A stretch of 63,808 bases of DNA, counting the filler, from Octopus bimaculoides (taxonomy: Eukaryota), in NCBI RefSeq assembly GCF_001194135.2. It is 4 parts of 3 records of this genome, joined end to end, with 100 filler letters (N's around TTAATTAATTAA, not from the genome) between each part and the next. Parts side by side here need not be neighbours in the genome. Positions count along the whole stretch, not along the records: positions 37,368 to 48,137 come from NC_068982.1; positions 48,238 to 63,808 come from NC_068983.1; 2 more parts are not named here. One strand, 5' to 3'. The position numbers and the translations under genes were made by a program. Below, in pieces: positions 38,500 to 50,509 of the stretch; position 1 is the first letter of the stretch; each line of letters starts with the position of its first letter. Below the pieces are notes generated by a model. That model had not been told where the DNA came from. It did not search any database and saw only the letters and a list, made by a program, of their open reading frames with translations.

Positions 38500-40317
38500 T
38501 GAAAGCCTGGAAACAAGCCTCAACGTTTAGGAAAAAACCATGGAAATGCTTTGGATAGGTAAAGGTTAAAAAATAAGGACACCAGCCGTTATCTTATCAT
38601 AATTTAGGTCAGGAGGTGTTGTACATATGGATTTGAAACAATTACCCTCCTCGGTAAGAGCTTTGGCAAATTGATTCATTAGTCTCGCTCAACAAGTGGT
38701 TGGTGTATGATATTCATCCCAATAGTCAAACTTTTCCTAACTGGTCAGAGTTTCTGTTCCTAACGTTTGTCTCTTCTTCGGCTATCTATTAAATACAGGA
38801 AACAAAAAAAGAAGGTATACCCTCTTTGTTGGCCAAGTAAAAAGTTGATCTACACATGTGACTCATTTGTGTTCATCATATTTGAATAAATCTAATACAA
38901 CTTTTATGCGATCATAATTCTCTTTTAAGTGCACAGAGGGACCAATAGGAAGTGCACCAAACAAGTTTCCATTATGGAGTAATATACATTTTAGATCCAT
39001 CTTTGAACTATCTATAAAGTGTCTCCATGCACTAGGATCATAATGTTCAGTACCCATCGCATTTAACAATCCCACCACGTCACAACAGTAAACAAAACTT
39101 TTTCCAGCCGTAAAGAATGCCAGGAGATCTTTCCCCCTGTTCCGATAAAAAGCCACATTTGTATCCTTCTGCAACAAATTCTTCTCTTTAAGTCGAGACA
39201 CTAACAGTTCTGATAACTCTTTTGACATTCCTAAGTCTCTAATTAAATCATTAAGCTCTGCCTGGTTGAAGCTTTCACGTTCTTTGGTTGATGTTTCTAC
39301 AAAGTCTGTATCACTGTCATGTTGCGGATTTACATCTACTTTACATATATCGCTTTCATCTGGCAGTGAAGGTAGATCTCTAAAAATGTGTACTGATATT
39401 TCATCTGAGTGTAGTACTAGACGAATTGCTGAATCCAGATTTGGGTGACTCTTTTGCATTCTCTTGCTATAACCAGATGTCTCTGTGAGACAAAAGTAGT
39501 AATCGCTTACATAGTTCTTTGGTTCCCACCATACCACAGGAATGCCAAATGTTAGTTGTTTCCTTGTGCATTTTGTCCATTGGCGTAGATTGTCAACACA
39601 GGGTTTGCATACATTGTGCAGGGCCCACGATTTATCCTAATCATCAACTTTAATCTTAACGTAAGCCAAGAAGGATCTTTTTCACAAAGTCACTAATATT
39701 CATTCTTTGACTTGGTACTGTAAAACACCTACATATACAACAAAAAGAATCAGAGGAATTCAAACATTTCCTTCGCAATGACGCCATGCTACTGAACTCC
39801 TGCGTTATTTCATGAGATAGATGTGAAATGAGAGCAAATAATAAAGAACATATTTATATATCTCGGTTTGTCTAAATAGATGTCTAAATATATGGATAAA
39901 ATAAATATTCAACAGAAATGTTTAACTATGATATCTTTTGTACATTTGTTGATAGAAAGAAGAGATTAACAACGCAGATTAAGACAACAGAGCGTTCGAG
40001 CACACAATTGTTAGGAAACACACTTCTACACAGGTACATATACTAGGCCGACAGAAACGTCACAACCTCACTCACTGATTGCTCAACTGACACTGAGACT
40101 CTTACTGCTAACGTACCCTACGAAAAACAGATCAAGAAATTTCTGAAACGTGGAGCTACGGGTGGGGGACCAATATGAGCCAGCCCATAGAAAAAAAAAA
40201 AACTTGATGTGATAGAAAATAAACTATTGCCATTTTAAAGCTCGGTGATCTCAAATTACTCTAAAACGGATCTCAAACTTAGGTCAGCAGAAAAAAATTA
40301 GAATTTGTTGGCCAGTG
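38500..40317 (-). mobile_element. Chapaev3-like (CMC superfamily) DNA transposon remnant with a pseudogenised transposase (39787 to about 38570)
   Basis: MASLRRKCLNSSDSFCCICRCFT..DKSWALHNVCKPCVDNLRQWT..VWWEPKN..YYFC..FNQAELNDLIRDLGMSK..WRHFIDSSK..CILLHNGN..NFLLGQQRGYT. Terminus CACTGGCCAACAAATTC at 40317, flanked by TAA. Left boundary uncertain. Confidence 0.8.
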
Positions 40318-40454
40318 TAATTGACCACTTACGTACCATAGTTCTGCTCCATGTGAGCTGATCTGGTGTTATACGATAGCAGTGACAACCGTGAGACCAG
40401 AGCCGCATGAAGATATCAAAAACAACATCGACGAACCATTGAGGAAGCTTATAC

Positions 40455-40560
40455 GCAAATACTTGATCTGCTAGAAATAGCAGCTAAATCCTTAACAAAC
40501 TATAAAACATTGCCTTCTCTTCAATTAGGGAAGACAGAATTGGTAATATAACCAATGTAG
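40455..40560 (+). mobile_element. Dispersed SINE-like family D fragment
   Basis: TGCTAGAAATAGCAGCTAAATC motif shared with about 52958, 18633, 15590 and 6205 (minus); 24255 appears to be a downstream part of the same family. Confidence 0.5.
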
Positions 40561-41040
40561 CTTAATGAAAGGTTGCTGAAATGATTTTGACTATGGGCTT
40601 TTTTTGTGGTGTGAACGATCCAGAACTAAAAAGTAGCAAAATAAAAACAAGCAAACACAAAAATAAATAAAAGACATGAACAAAAACAAAAGCATTTATT
40701 TGATGAGTCATAGAAAGAACAAAAACTAGTAATAACAGTGCTCAGACAAAACTAGCAAAAGACCTACAAAGATTGATAAGTATTCAACCGGTGACTGCCG
40801 TTCGCTGACGGCAGACTCGAGTAATTAGACTGTGAAATTTTCCTCTACATATTACAACCATTATATAATATGTAATATAACACACACACACATACACACA
40901 CAAACACACACATACGCACACACACGCGTACACACAAACAGACATAAACACACACACACACACACACATATGTATATGTATGTGTAAATACATATATACA
41001 TACATACATATACATATGTATACATACAGATATATATAAT

Positions 41041-41105
<65 letters not shown>

Positions 41106-41534
41106 NNNNNNNNNNNNNNNNNNNNNNNNNNNNNNNNNNNNNNNNNNNNNNNNNNNNNNNNNNNNNNNNNNNNNNNNNNNNNNNNNNNNNNNNNNNNNNN
41201 NNNNNNNNNNNNNNNNNNNNNNNNNNNNNNNNNNNNNNNNNNNNNNNNNNNNNNNNNNNNNNNNNNNNNNNNNNNNNNNNNNNNNNNNNNNNNNNNNNNN
41301 NNNNNNNNNNNNNNNNNNNNNNNNNNNNNNNNNNNNNNNNNNNNNNNNNNNNNNNNNNNNNNNNNNNNNNNNNNNNNNNNNNNNNNNNNNNNNNNNNNNN
41401 NNNNNNNNNNNNNNNNNNNNNNNNNNNNNNNNNNNNNNTATATATCTATATGTGAATATATATAAAACAAATAATAAATGAGTATATGCATATATACGTA
41501 CAGGTATGTGCATACCTACGTCTGCCTATATATA

Positions 41535-41700
41535 TAGCTGCATATCTGGGTACAGGACATTGCAAACAAAACGTAGACAAAAAAATAATAATAACCAGGG
41601 TACAGAAAACACACAGGCTACATAGAGAACATTTTCCTTCATCAGCTACCCCCATTCTAACACAGGCGTTAGAGGAAGAATTATTAAGAAATGATAATAA
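41535..41700 (-). mobile_element. Probable Penelope-like relic, same family as 53541-53730
   Basis: CTGATGAAGG at 41645-41636 and terminal GTCCTGTACCCAGATATG versus GTCCTCTACCCATATATG at 53713-53730; both end at TA tracts. Confidence 0.45.
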
Positions 41701-41908
41701 TTTTTTACCAGTGGTCAGCAAGCGTAATTAAAAGTTAGAAGACATAAATAGTTCTATTTAATAGTACATACGATTTTATACACTTTATATACAGAGAGAG
41801 ATCAACTATGTGGATTTCTTACATGCTAGAAAGGGCAGTCAAGACCCATACCACGAAAAGAAAGATTCTTCTTTAAAGGCACGTTGTTTGTAAGCGGGCA
41901 GGATATTT

Positions 41909-42329
41909 AAATAAATGAAAAAATCAGTTAATATTATACCCATGAGTTTCCCTATTAATGATCAATTAAACCAACTAATTAGTCAATCAATTGATTAATT
42001 AGCCTCCGTAGATCCTCAGTAAGATCGCTGTTCAATGCATAATTATGAAACTACTATACGAGTATCACGATGTCGAATTTATTTACAATTCGGGCTCGGT
42101 ACGATGTTTTGAGGATATTTAATTTTGAATCCATGATGTATAAAGATGGAACGAAGTGCGCATGTGTTTTTTCAGTCGGTATTGTAGTTTCTAAATTAAG
42201 CAATGTTCAGCGATCTTACTGAGGATATACGGATGTCCAATTAATCAAAAAATTGACTAATTAATTGTTTTAATTGATCATTAATAGTGAAATTCATGGG
42301 TATAATATTAACTGATTTTTCATTCATTT
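41909..42329. mobile_element. Foldback/MITE-like element with about 153-bp inverted arms and a 114-bp spacer
   Basis: 41909-42061 is the imperfect reverse complement of 42176-42329 (e.g. AAAAATCAGTTAATATTATACCCATGA and ATCCTCAGTAAGATCGCTG are both matched). Confidence 0.9.
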
Positions 42330-42584
42330 GTTCTTCTTTGGTGCACATTGCAGGTGGAGCGGCTGTGCTTACACTGTAAAGCCCAAAAGAAAAATGGCGC
42401 GATCAGGCTCAAATGTCGATCACGTGACCACAATAGTACCAACTATAAGTTCGCATTCGAAGAAAGCAATAATAAAGATAGATTATGGAGAAAGTGACAA
42501 TAACAAAGACAGGTTATTTAGAAAATGAGGATAGTTTTTGATTACTCCTCGTACATACATACATACATACATACATACATACAT

Positions 42585-42615
<31 letters not shown>

Positions 42616-42629
42616 TATATATATATATA

Positions 42630-42701
42630 TCTCCTTCCTTTCCCGAGCGTCCAATAACACTATCCGTATCACGTCCTCACTTTGTTGTTTTTTTGTTATT
42701 G
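42630..42701 (+). mobile_element. Fragment of the same repeat family as 47252-47430, in opposite orientation
   Basis: TTCCCGAGCGTC..ACGTCCTC..TGTTGTTT is the reverse complement of the 47270-47332 motifs. Confidence 0.5.
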
Positions 42702-43462
42702 NNNNNNNNNNNNNNNNNNNNNNNNNNNNNNNNNNNNNNNNNNNNNNNNNNNNNNNNNNNNNNNNNNNNNNNNNNNNNNNNNNNNNNNNNNNNNNNNNNN
42801 NNNNNNNNNNNNNNNNNNNNNNNNNNNNNNNNNNNNNNNNNNNNNNNNNNNNNNNNNNNNNNNNNNNNNNNNNNNNNNNNNNNNNNNNNNNNNNNNNNNN
42901 NNNNNNNNNNNNNNNNNNNNNNNNNNNNNNNNNNNNNNNNNNNNNNNNNNNNNNNNNNNNNNNNNNNNNNNNNNNNNNNNNNNNNNNNNNNNNNNNNNNN
43001 NNNNNNNNNNNNNNNNNNNNNNNNNNNNNNNNNNNNNNNNNNNNNNNNNNNNNNNNNNNNNNNNNNNNNNNNNNNNNNNNNNNNNNNNNNNNNNNNNNNN
43101 NNNNNNNNNNNNNNNNNNNNNNNNNNNNNNNNNNNNNNNNNNNNNNNNNNNNNNNNNNNNNNNNNNNNNNNNNNNNNNNNNNNNNNNNNNNNNNNNNNNN
43201 NNNNNNNNNNNNNNNNNNNNNNNNNNNNNNNNNNNNNNNNNNNNNNNNNNNNNNNNNNNNNNNNNNNNNNNNNNNNNNNNNNNNNNNNNNNNNNNNNNNN
43301 NNNNNNNNNNNNNNNNNNNNNNNNNNNNNNNNNNNNNNNNNNNNNNNNNNNNNNNNNNNNNNNNNNNNNNNNNNNNNNNNNNNNNNNNNNNNNNNNNNNN
43401 NNNNNNATATATATCTTGAAACGTAACTTCCAACGATTATCAATAACAACAACAACAACAAT

Positions 43463-43883
43463 AGTAATCCTTTCTACTGGAAGCACAAGGCCTCAAATTT
43501 AGGGAAAAGGATTAAGTCGATTACTTCGACCTCAATGTGTAACTGGTACTTATTTAATCGAGCCGAAAGGATGAAAAGCAAAGTCGACCTCGGCGGAATT
43601 TGAACTTAGAACATTAACGACAGACGAAATAGCGCTAAACATTTCGCCCAGCATGCTAACGATTCTGCTAGCTCATCGCCTTCACAACAACAACAATAAT
43701 AATAATAATAATAATTTCGGATTTTTGCACAAGGCCAGCAAAATCGGATGAACAAATTACATCAACTCTGAAAGGATGAAAGGAAAAGTCAACTTCGGAG
43801 GAATTTGAACTCAGAACGTAAGGACAGACGGAATGCCGCTGAGCATTTGCTACAGCATGCTAACGATTCTACCAGCTCGTCGC
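43463..43883 (-). mobile_element. Two tandem SINE family B copies (43463-43682, 43716-43883) separated by (AAC)(AAT)n
   Basis: Both contain AAAGGATGAAA..AAAGTC.AC.TCGG.GGAATTTGAACT.AGAAC..GCATGCTAACGATTCT. Confidence 0.85.
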
Positions 43884-44366
43884 AAACATCAACCGGTGAG
43901 TGTAATACAGAATGACCAGTATAAGGTCTTATGGTGTTTAATGTACAGGCTAATCACGAACTTCATTGAAGAACCAGATTTTATTGTTCTGGGCAAGGGG
44001 GAAAAATGCATCATCATAGACGCAGCTATATCTGCGAACATGAATGTAATGCTCAAAGAACAAGAGAAAATAGCACAATACAAGGATTAGGCTAGGGAAA
44101 TGCGAAGACTATGGAGAGTTTCTACAAAAGTAATGCCTGTTATAGTTGCCCAAGCTAGCGTCACCAACAGACTTGGCAGTTTTCTCATGTGATTGATGTG
44201 GCTACGAGAGTTGTATTAATTCAGAAATCTGGTCTATTAGGAAGAACAAGGATTGCAAGAAAGATCGTCGACATCTAAGGAAACTGGCTGTGACTCCGTA
44301 TCAAGAACATTGGTTCTGAAAGTAAAACGTTTGTGCATACCATGAAGGATGATGATGATGATGATA
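43884..44366 (+). mobile_element. Dong/R4-type non-LTR retrotransposon 3' end (restriction-like endonuclease domain, 3' UTR, (GAT)n tail)
   Basis: KHQPVSVIQNDQYKVLW..PDFIVLGKGEKCIIIDAAIS..LKEQEKIAQYKD*AREMRRLWRV..KVMPVIV..IQKSGLLGRTRIARKIVDI* (stop 44276-44278), a PD..D..K-type RLE signature. Confidence 0.8.
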
Positions 44367-44449
44367 TGTATGTGTGTTAGCTACACACAAGAGAGAAAAC
44401 ATGTCAAAAAGATGGGTCAGTACCTCTCCAATATTTTGTAAACTCTTAA

Positions 44450-44825
44450 ATATATGTATTTTAATACTTAAACTGTTTTTAACGTTATCTTATTAATATC
44501 AGAGAATGTATATTTGTCTTTTAATATTTTTGTGACAACCAGTCCTTAACACTACAAAGCTTATACAAAGCTTTATATTCTAAACATATTCTTATTATTA
44601 TCAAAGAATGTATATATCTATTTTATTACTTATACTGTTTTTAAAACATTTTCTATTATTATCAAAGAATATATATATATGTATTTTTATATATGTAATT
44701 TAATACTTAAACTGTTTTTAACATTTTATTATTATTATCAGAGAATGTATATATGTATTTTAATACTTTTGTGACAACCTGTACTTAATACTACAAAGCT
44801 TATATAAATCTTTATATTTTACTTC
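44450..44825. repeat. AT-rich local tandem duplication (period about 240 bp) with subrepeats
   Basis: TTTAATACTTAAACTGTTTTTAAC..ATCAGAGAATGTATAT..TTTTGTGACAACC..CTACAAAGCTTATA occurs twice. Confidence 0.8.
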
Positions 44826-45608
44826 TGACAATCTTTTTCTAAAAAAGTGAAACCGGCAAAGTGAATAAACATCTTTAAAATTGCATTTCAAACCTTCTTT
44901 CATATATATATATATATATATATACTGTATTTAAAAGCAGCAGAAATATAACAAAAAGCTTTTAAATAAAGCATATTTCTCTACCTCTGATATTTGAGTA
45001 CTCTTNNNNNNNNNNNNNNNNNNNNNNNNNNNNNNNNNNNNNNNNNNNNNNNNNNNNNNNNNNNNNNNNNNNNNNNNNNNNNNNNNNNNNNNNNNNNNNN
45101 NNNNNNNNNNNNNNNNNNNNNNNNNNNNNNNNNNNNNNNNNNNNNNNNNNNNNNNNNNNNNNNNNNNNNNNNNNNNNNNNNNNNNNNNNNNNNNNNNNNN
45201 NNNNNNNNNNNNNNNNNNNNNNNNNNNNNNNNNNNNNNNNNNNNNNNNNNNNNNNNNNNNNNNNNNNNNNNNNNNNNNNNNNNNNNNNNNNNNNNNNNNN
45301 NNNNNNNNNNNNNNNNNNNNNNNNNNNNNNNNNNNNNNNNNNNNNNNNNNNNNNNNNNNNNNNNNNNNNNNNNNNNNNNNNNNNNNNNNNNNNNNNNNNN
45401 NNNNNNNNNNNNNNNNNNNNNNNNNNNNNNNNNNNNNNNNNNNNNNNNNNNNNNNNNNNNNNNNNNNNNNNNNNNNNNNNNNNNNNNNNNNNNNNNNNNN
45501 NNNNNNNNNNNNNNNNNNNNNNNNNNNNNNNNNNNNNNNNNNNNNNNNNNNNNNNNNNNNNNNNNNNNNNNNNNNNNNNNNNNNNNNNNNNNNNNNNNNN
45601 NNNNNNNN

Positions 45609-45710
<102 letters not shown>

Positions 45711-47205
45711 ATGTGTGTGTGCGCATGGGTGCGTGTGAGTGAATAAAAACACACCCATAGACACTAAATATGCACGCATACAAACAGCAAACGGGCACGC
45801 AAGTGTACAGTAATATAATATCTCCGAACAAAATAACATAAGCATAAGCACAAACACACACACGCACACACACACACACACACACATATACAGGTGCAGA
45901 CTCCCGAACTCGTGCACGTGTCTATGAAAAGTGACCCGAACCTGATTCACCGTACGTGTGATAATTAACCCAGCTAAGTTCCCCACACTCTACTCATCTA
46001 TAATGGGATATGGCCGGTTCTAGCATGTGCTAAGTTTCGGTTCCCATACTCTGTGTTCTAGCGTTCAATCAAAAGGTGCCAGTCAAACTATTATTTGCAC
46101 TAAAATCTACTACATCCACAATTACAGCGCAGACAGCCCTACTTAAATTCTCTCGATTCCATTGATATCGTTAATAATTCGACGACACGTTTAGTTTTTC
46201 TAACATCGCAGGAGTCTTTTCTTTCTTAAAATATTTTTTAGATTATTATTCTTTTAAAATTATTCTCCCATTCCCATTTTATCTTTCTTTTCCTACTATT
46301 GTTATTGCTGAATTTTATAATTATCATTATCATTATTAAAATCATATTTTAACCTCCTTTTCCCCCTCACATATACCTTTTCTTCTGTTATAACAATATT
46401 TTTTAGAAACACAAAAACGAAAAAAATGAATTTCCCAGTGTCTGTTCCCAGCCAGGCCACGTTTCTTATTTAAGATTTCCAATTTAAAAATCAAGGCAGT
46501 TAGGTTGTGTGGGAGTTAGAGAAATAGGTAGGTCGGTTAGGTGGACAGGTAGGTAAAGTAGAGGGATTAGACAGGTAGATACACTATTCAAATGATATAC
46601 TCCCTCCTTACTTATTTGAATATTTTGTTTGTGGCAGGTGATCATGTGAAGTTCTTTGTCAACATGACAAATCAGCAATGCAAGCTTGTAGAGACAAAGG
46701 AGATTTTTGTTGGGCGTGTAAGATGAGAGAGGCTAAGAAATATTCTGAAATTCATCTCAGCGGCACACGCCAAAGAAAAAAATTAATTTCTATGTTGTAT
46801 ATCATAGCGCGTGCCTGCAATCTATCTAAAATTCATTTCTCTCCTATCTCTTATAAATATATGCAAACCTACACGGCTTCAATACATACACGAATTCAGT
46901 CACACGCTCATGTACACGTTGAAACACACACACGCACGCACACACACATGCATATATATATATAATGTGTGTGTGGGTGTGCTAACTAATTCATCAGTTA
47001 ACTAATTCATAAAAAAAATACACTATGTAGGATGTGATGTAAATGACACAAGGTGGTGGAGTCATGCATGCGTTTTTACATCTCTTAATACGCTTGTTCG
47101 TTTTCGATCACTTGTTCGCATGTAAATTCAGAACCATGCACATTCCCACGGACACTTTCACATATGTACAGGTAAACGTCTTGAACTCAGTGTGAGCGTG
47201 CAAAT

Positions 47206-47251
<46 letters not shown>

Positions 47252-47253
<2 letters not shown>

Positions 47254-47430
47254 GAGAATATACAAAAAATAACAACAGACGAGGACAGGTGGTGTAAATA
47301 ACAAAAGTATATATTAGTATGACGCTCGGGAATACGGAAAGTCTTTGACGTTTCGAGCTACGCTCTTCAACAGAAAGAATACGGAGACAAGGAGAAAAAC
47401 ACGGAGAAAAAAAATTGAATAGTGTTCAGT
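47252..47430 (-). mobile_element. Probable Penelope-like pLTR relic abutting (TA)n and carrying a minimal hammerhead motif
   Basis: Non-coding repeat; hammerhead motif at 47342-47378; sister fragment at 42630. Confidence 0.55.
47342..47378 (-). ncRNA. Minimal type I hammerhead-ribozyme motif with one core substitution (A6U)
   Basis: TCTTT-CTGTTGA-A-GAGC-GTA-GCTC-GAAAC-GTC-AAAGA: 5-bp stem I, 4-bp stem II, palindromic ACGT stem III, GUC triplet. Confidence 0.65.
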
Positions 47431-48137
47431 CAACGGTCAAGAGAATGTATGTGTAAGAAGATACATATATATATTCATTTATTCATTTATCTATTTATTT
47501 ATAGTGAGGTGCTTGCATTGTCTGTATTTATGAGATCACATTGTTTTCGCATTTCTAACATTCGTGAATTCATGGGAAAGTTGGTTACCCTCAGACGATG
47601 AGAATTTTTGCAAACACATTGTGGTGGTTAGTGCAACTTAAACGACTTGCGTATTTCTAAAACTTCTGTGAAAGATTAAATTTCTACGAAACCAATAGTT
47701 CTTGGAATGACGGACTTCATATTTGAATGGGTGCTTTAAGATGGACAAATGAAATAGCTTTCACCAAGCATGAAGTGAGTATAAATAATTTCGAGATGGA
47801 GGTTAGCGTTTTTGAGAATTCATTAGTTAAAATACGGATAACACGGAAACCACAAATTTATATTATATCCTGTGGGTGAGATTTGTCAGAAGCTAACTTA
47901 AAGTTACATTTTGCTAAATGATTTTGGCAGTATCACATACAAAAGATTTGTTTCAATTTGGCTTTCTTGGATCAATCCTGAGAATACGTGTATATATGAG
48001 AGAGACGTGAACAAACAGCCCGACGTGCATTACTTGAGAAGTAAATGCATAACATAGCGTCTGTGTGAGTGTAGTGTGTGCATGTGTGTGTGTGTGTGTA
48101 TAAGTGAGTGTGTGATATATGATATCTGATATATATA

Positions 48138-48237
48138 NNNNNNNNNNNNNNNNNNNNNNNNNNNNNNNNNNNNNNNNNNNNTTAATTAATTAANNNNNNN
48201 NNNNNNNNNNNNNNNNNNNNNNNNNNNNNNNNNNNNN
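48138..48237. other. Artificial scaffold linker 44N-TTAATTAATTAA-44N
   Basis: Same construction as 23493-23592. Confidence 0.9.
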
Positions 48238-48272
<35 letters not shown>

Positions 48273-49569
48273 CGTACATTTGGGTGACGTATCCGAGAAT
48301 GCTATCGGGCATTGGGTATAATTTCATGAATGACATGTTCCGGCTGTCTGCGATCTGAAATGAAATCACGACTAGGTTAATTTTGCCACTTTATCTTTTC
48401 GAGCTTGATGCACGGAGTATAAGTTGAAGGCGATGGCTTAGCAGTATTAGTAGAGTTTCGCAGATGTCCAGCAATATCTGTTTCAGAGCTGTTCATCGTG
48501 ATTTCGAATCCCAGCGACAGGTCGAGGAAGTTATTAAGTGCCTTTGGTATTTCAGCTGATTTCTTTCAATGCCAGCACAACAGCTGACGTGAAGGAAAAC
48601 AGAAAGAGGTCAAACCTTGAGTACTCAACTAACGTGCGCGTGTGCATATGTGTGTGTGTGTGCGTGTGTGTGCGTGTTGAGCACGTATATATTTTTATAA
48701 TATACTTCTGTATATAAATGTTCGCGCGCGCGATGTGTGTATAAATAGACGTATACAAGCACACAAACAGACACCCTTCCACCACATATACATGTACGCA
48801 TTCATACATACGTATATATANNNNNNNNNNNNNNNNNNNNNNNNNNNNNNNNNNNNNNNNNNNNNNNNNNNNNNNNNNNNNNNNNNNNNNNNNNNNNNNN
48901 NNNNNNNNNNNNNNNNNNNNNNNNNNNNNNNNNNNNNNNNNNNNNNNNNNNNNNNNNNNNNNNNNNNNNNNNNNNNNNNNNNNNNNNNNNNNNNNNNNNN
49001 NNNNNNNNNNNNNNNNNNNNNNNNNNNNNNNNNNNNNNNNNNNNNNNNNNNNNNNNNNNNNNNNNNNNNNNNNNNNNNNNNNNNNNNNNNNNNNNNNNNN
49101 NNNNNNNNNNNNNNNNNNNNNNNNNNNNNNNNNNNNNNNNNNNNNNNNNNNNNNNNNNNNNNNNNNNNNNNNNNNNNNNNNNNNNNNNNNNNNNNNNNNN
49201 NNNNNNNNNNNNNNNNNNNNNNNNNNNNNNNNNNNNNNNNNNNNNNNNNNNNNNNNNNNNNNNNNNNNNNNNNNNNNNNNNNNNNNNNNNNNNNNNNNNN
49301 NNNNNNNNNNNNNNNNNNNNNNNNNNNNNNNNNNNNNNNNNNNNNNNNNNNNNNNNNNNNNNNNNNNNNNNNNNNNNNNNNNNNNNNNNNNNNNNNNNNN
49401 NNNNNNNNNNNNNNNNNNNNNNNNNNNNNNNNNNNNNNNNNNNNNNNNNNNNNNNNNNNNNNNNNNNNNNNNNNNNNNNNNNNNNNNNNNNNNNNNNNNN
49501 NNNNNNNNNNNNNNNNNNNNNNNNNNNNNNNNNNNNNNNNNNNNNNNNNNNNNNNNNNNNNNNNNNNNG

Positions 49570-49825
49570 AAGCCCGTCGTATATATGTATATATATTTAT
49601 ATATGTGTGTTTGTGTGTCTGTGTTTGTCCCCCTACCATCGCTTGACAACCGATGCTGGTGTGTTTACGTCCCCGTAACTTAGCGGTTTGGCAAAAAGAG
49701 ACTGATAGAATAAGTACTAGGCTTCCAAAGAATAAGTCCTGGGGTCGATTTTCTCGACTAAAGGCGGTGCTCCAGCATGGCCGCAGTCAAATGGCTGAAA
49801 CAAGTAAAAGAATAAAGAGTAAAGA
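49570..49825 (+). mobile_element. SINE family A, internal microsatellite plus 3' half (5' half lost in the gap)
   Basis: Near-identical to 59898-60149. Confidence 0.9.
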
Positions 49826-50234
49826 GTATATATATATATATATGTATATATATATGTATATATACATATATGTATATATATACGTAAATTGTATATGCAA
49901 GTATTTTCGTGTTATTCACCTGTTATGTTATTTTCTTCTCGCTTGCCGTCTTCCATCTGGAATAGACAGAACGCGGCAGGGTTAAATGCTGCTTTTTTTT
50001 CTTCTTGGATTTTAGTATAAAGTGTTAATTTTACAGTCCAGTTAAAATTCAGCATTCTATATTATATTGATGATGAATTTTCTCTCTCTTTTTAATCGTT
50101 TTTGCTTCTACTTAATGTAAATGTTTAAAGTTTAGTTAAAACCAACTTTTCGTCATTGTAGTCGCTGTTTTCGTAATCTGCGTACAGGCTTCGACATACT
50201 TCTAACTGATCGGTACAGGACTGGGTGTGTACTT

Positions 50235-50284
<50 letters not shown>

Positions 50285-50509
50285 NNNNNNNNNNACACAC
50301 ACACACAGAAGAATGGAGCAATAGTCAACATTGAGAAGTTGATCATTGGTATTAAAAAAGTCATTATTTTTAATTCGGAACTAAAATTAAATGACTTTTT
50401 AATACCAATGGATCAACTTCTCATTGTTAATTATTGCTCCATTTCTTTTCTTTTGTATATACATTAAACCACAGTTTTACTTTTAAATTGCCTACCACTG
50501 TATACCTGT

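Noticed and set aside
38825-38835. TTTGTTGGCCA as the second Chapaev TIR
   Set aside because: Same orientation as the 40304-40314 terminus and inside the transposase frame (LGQQ); chance match.
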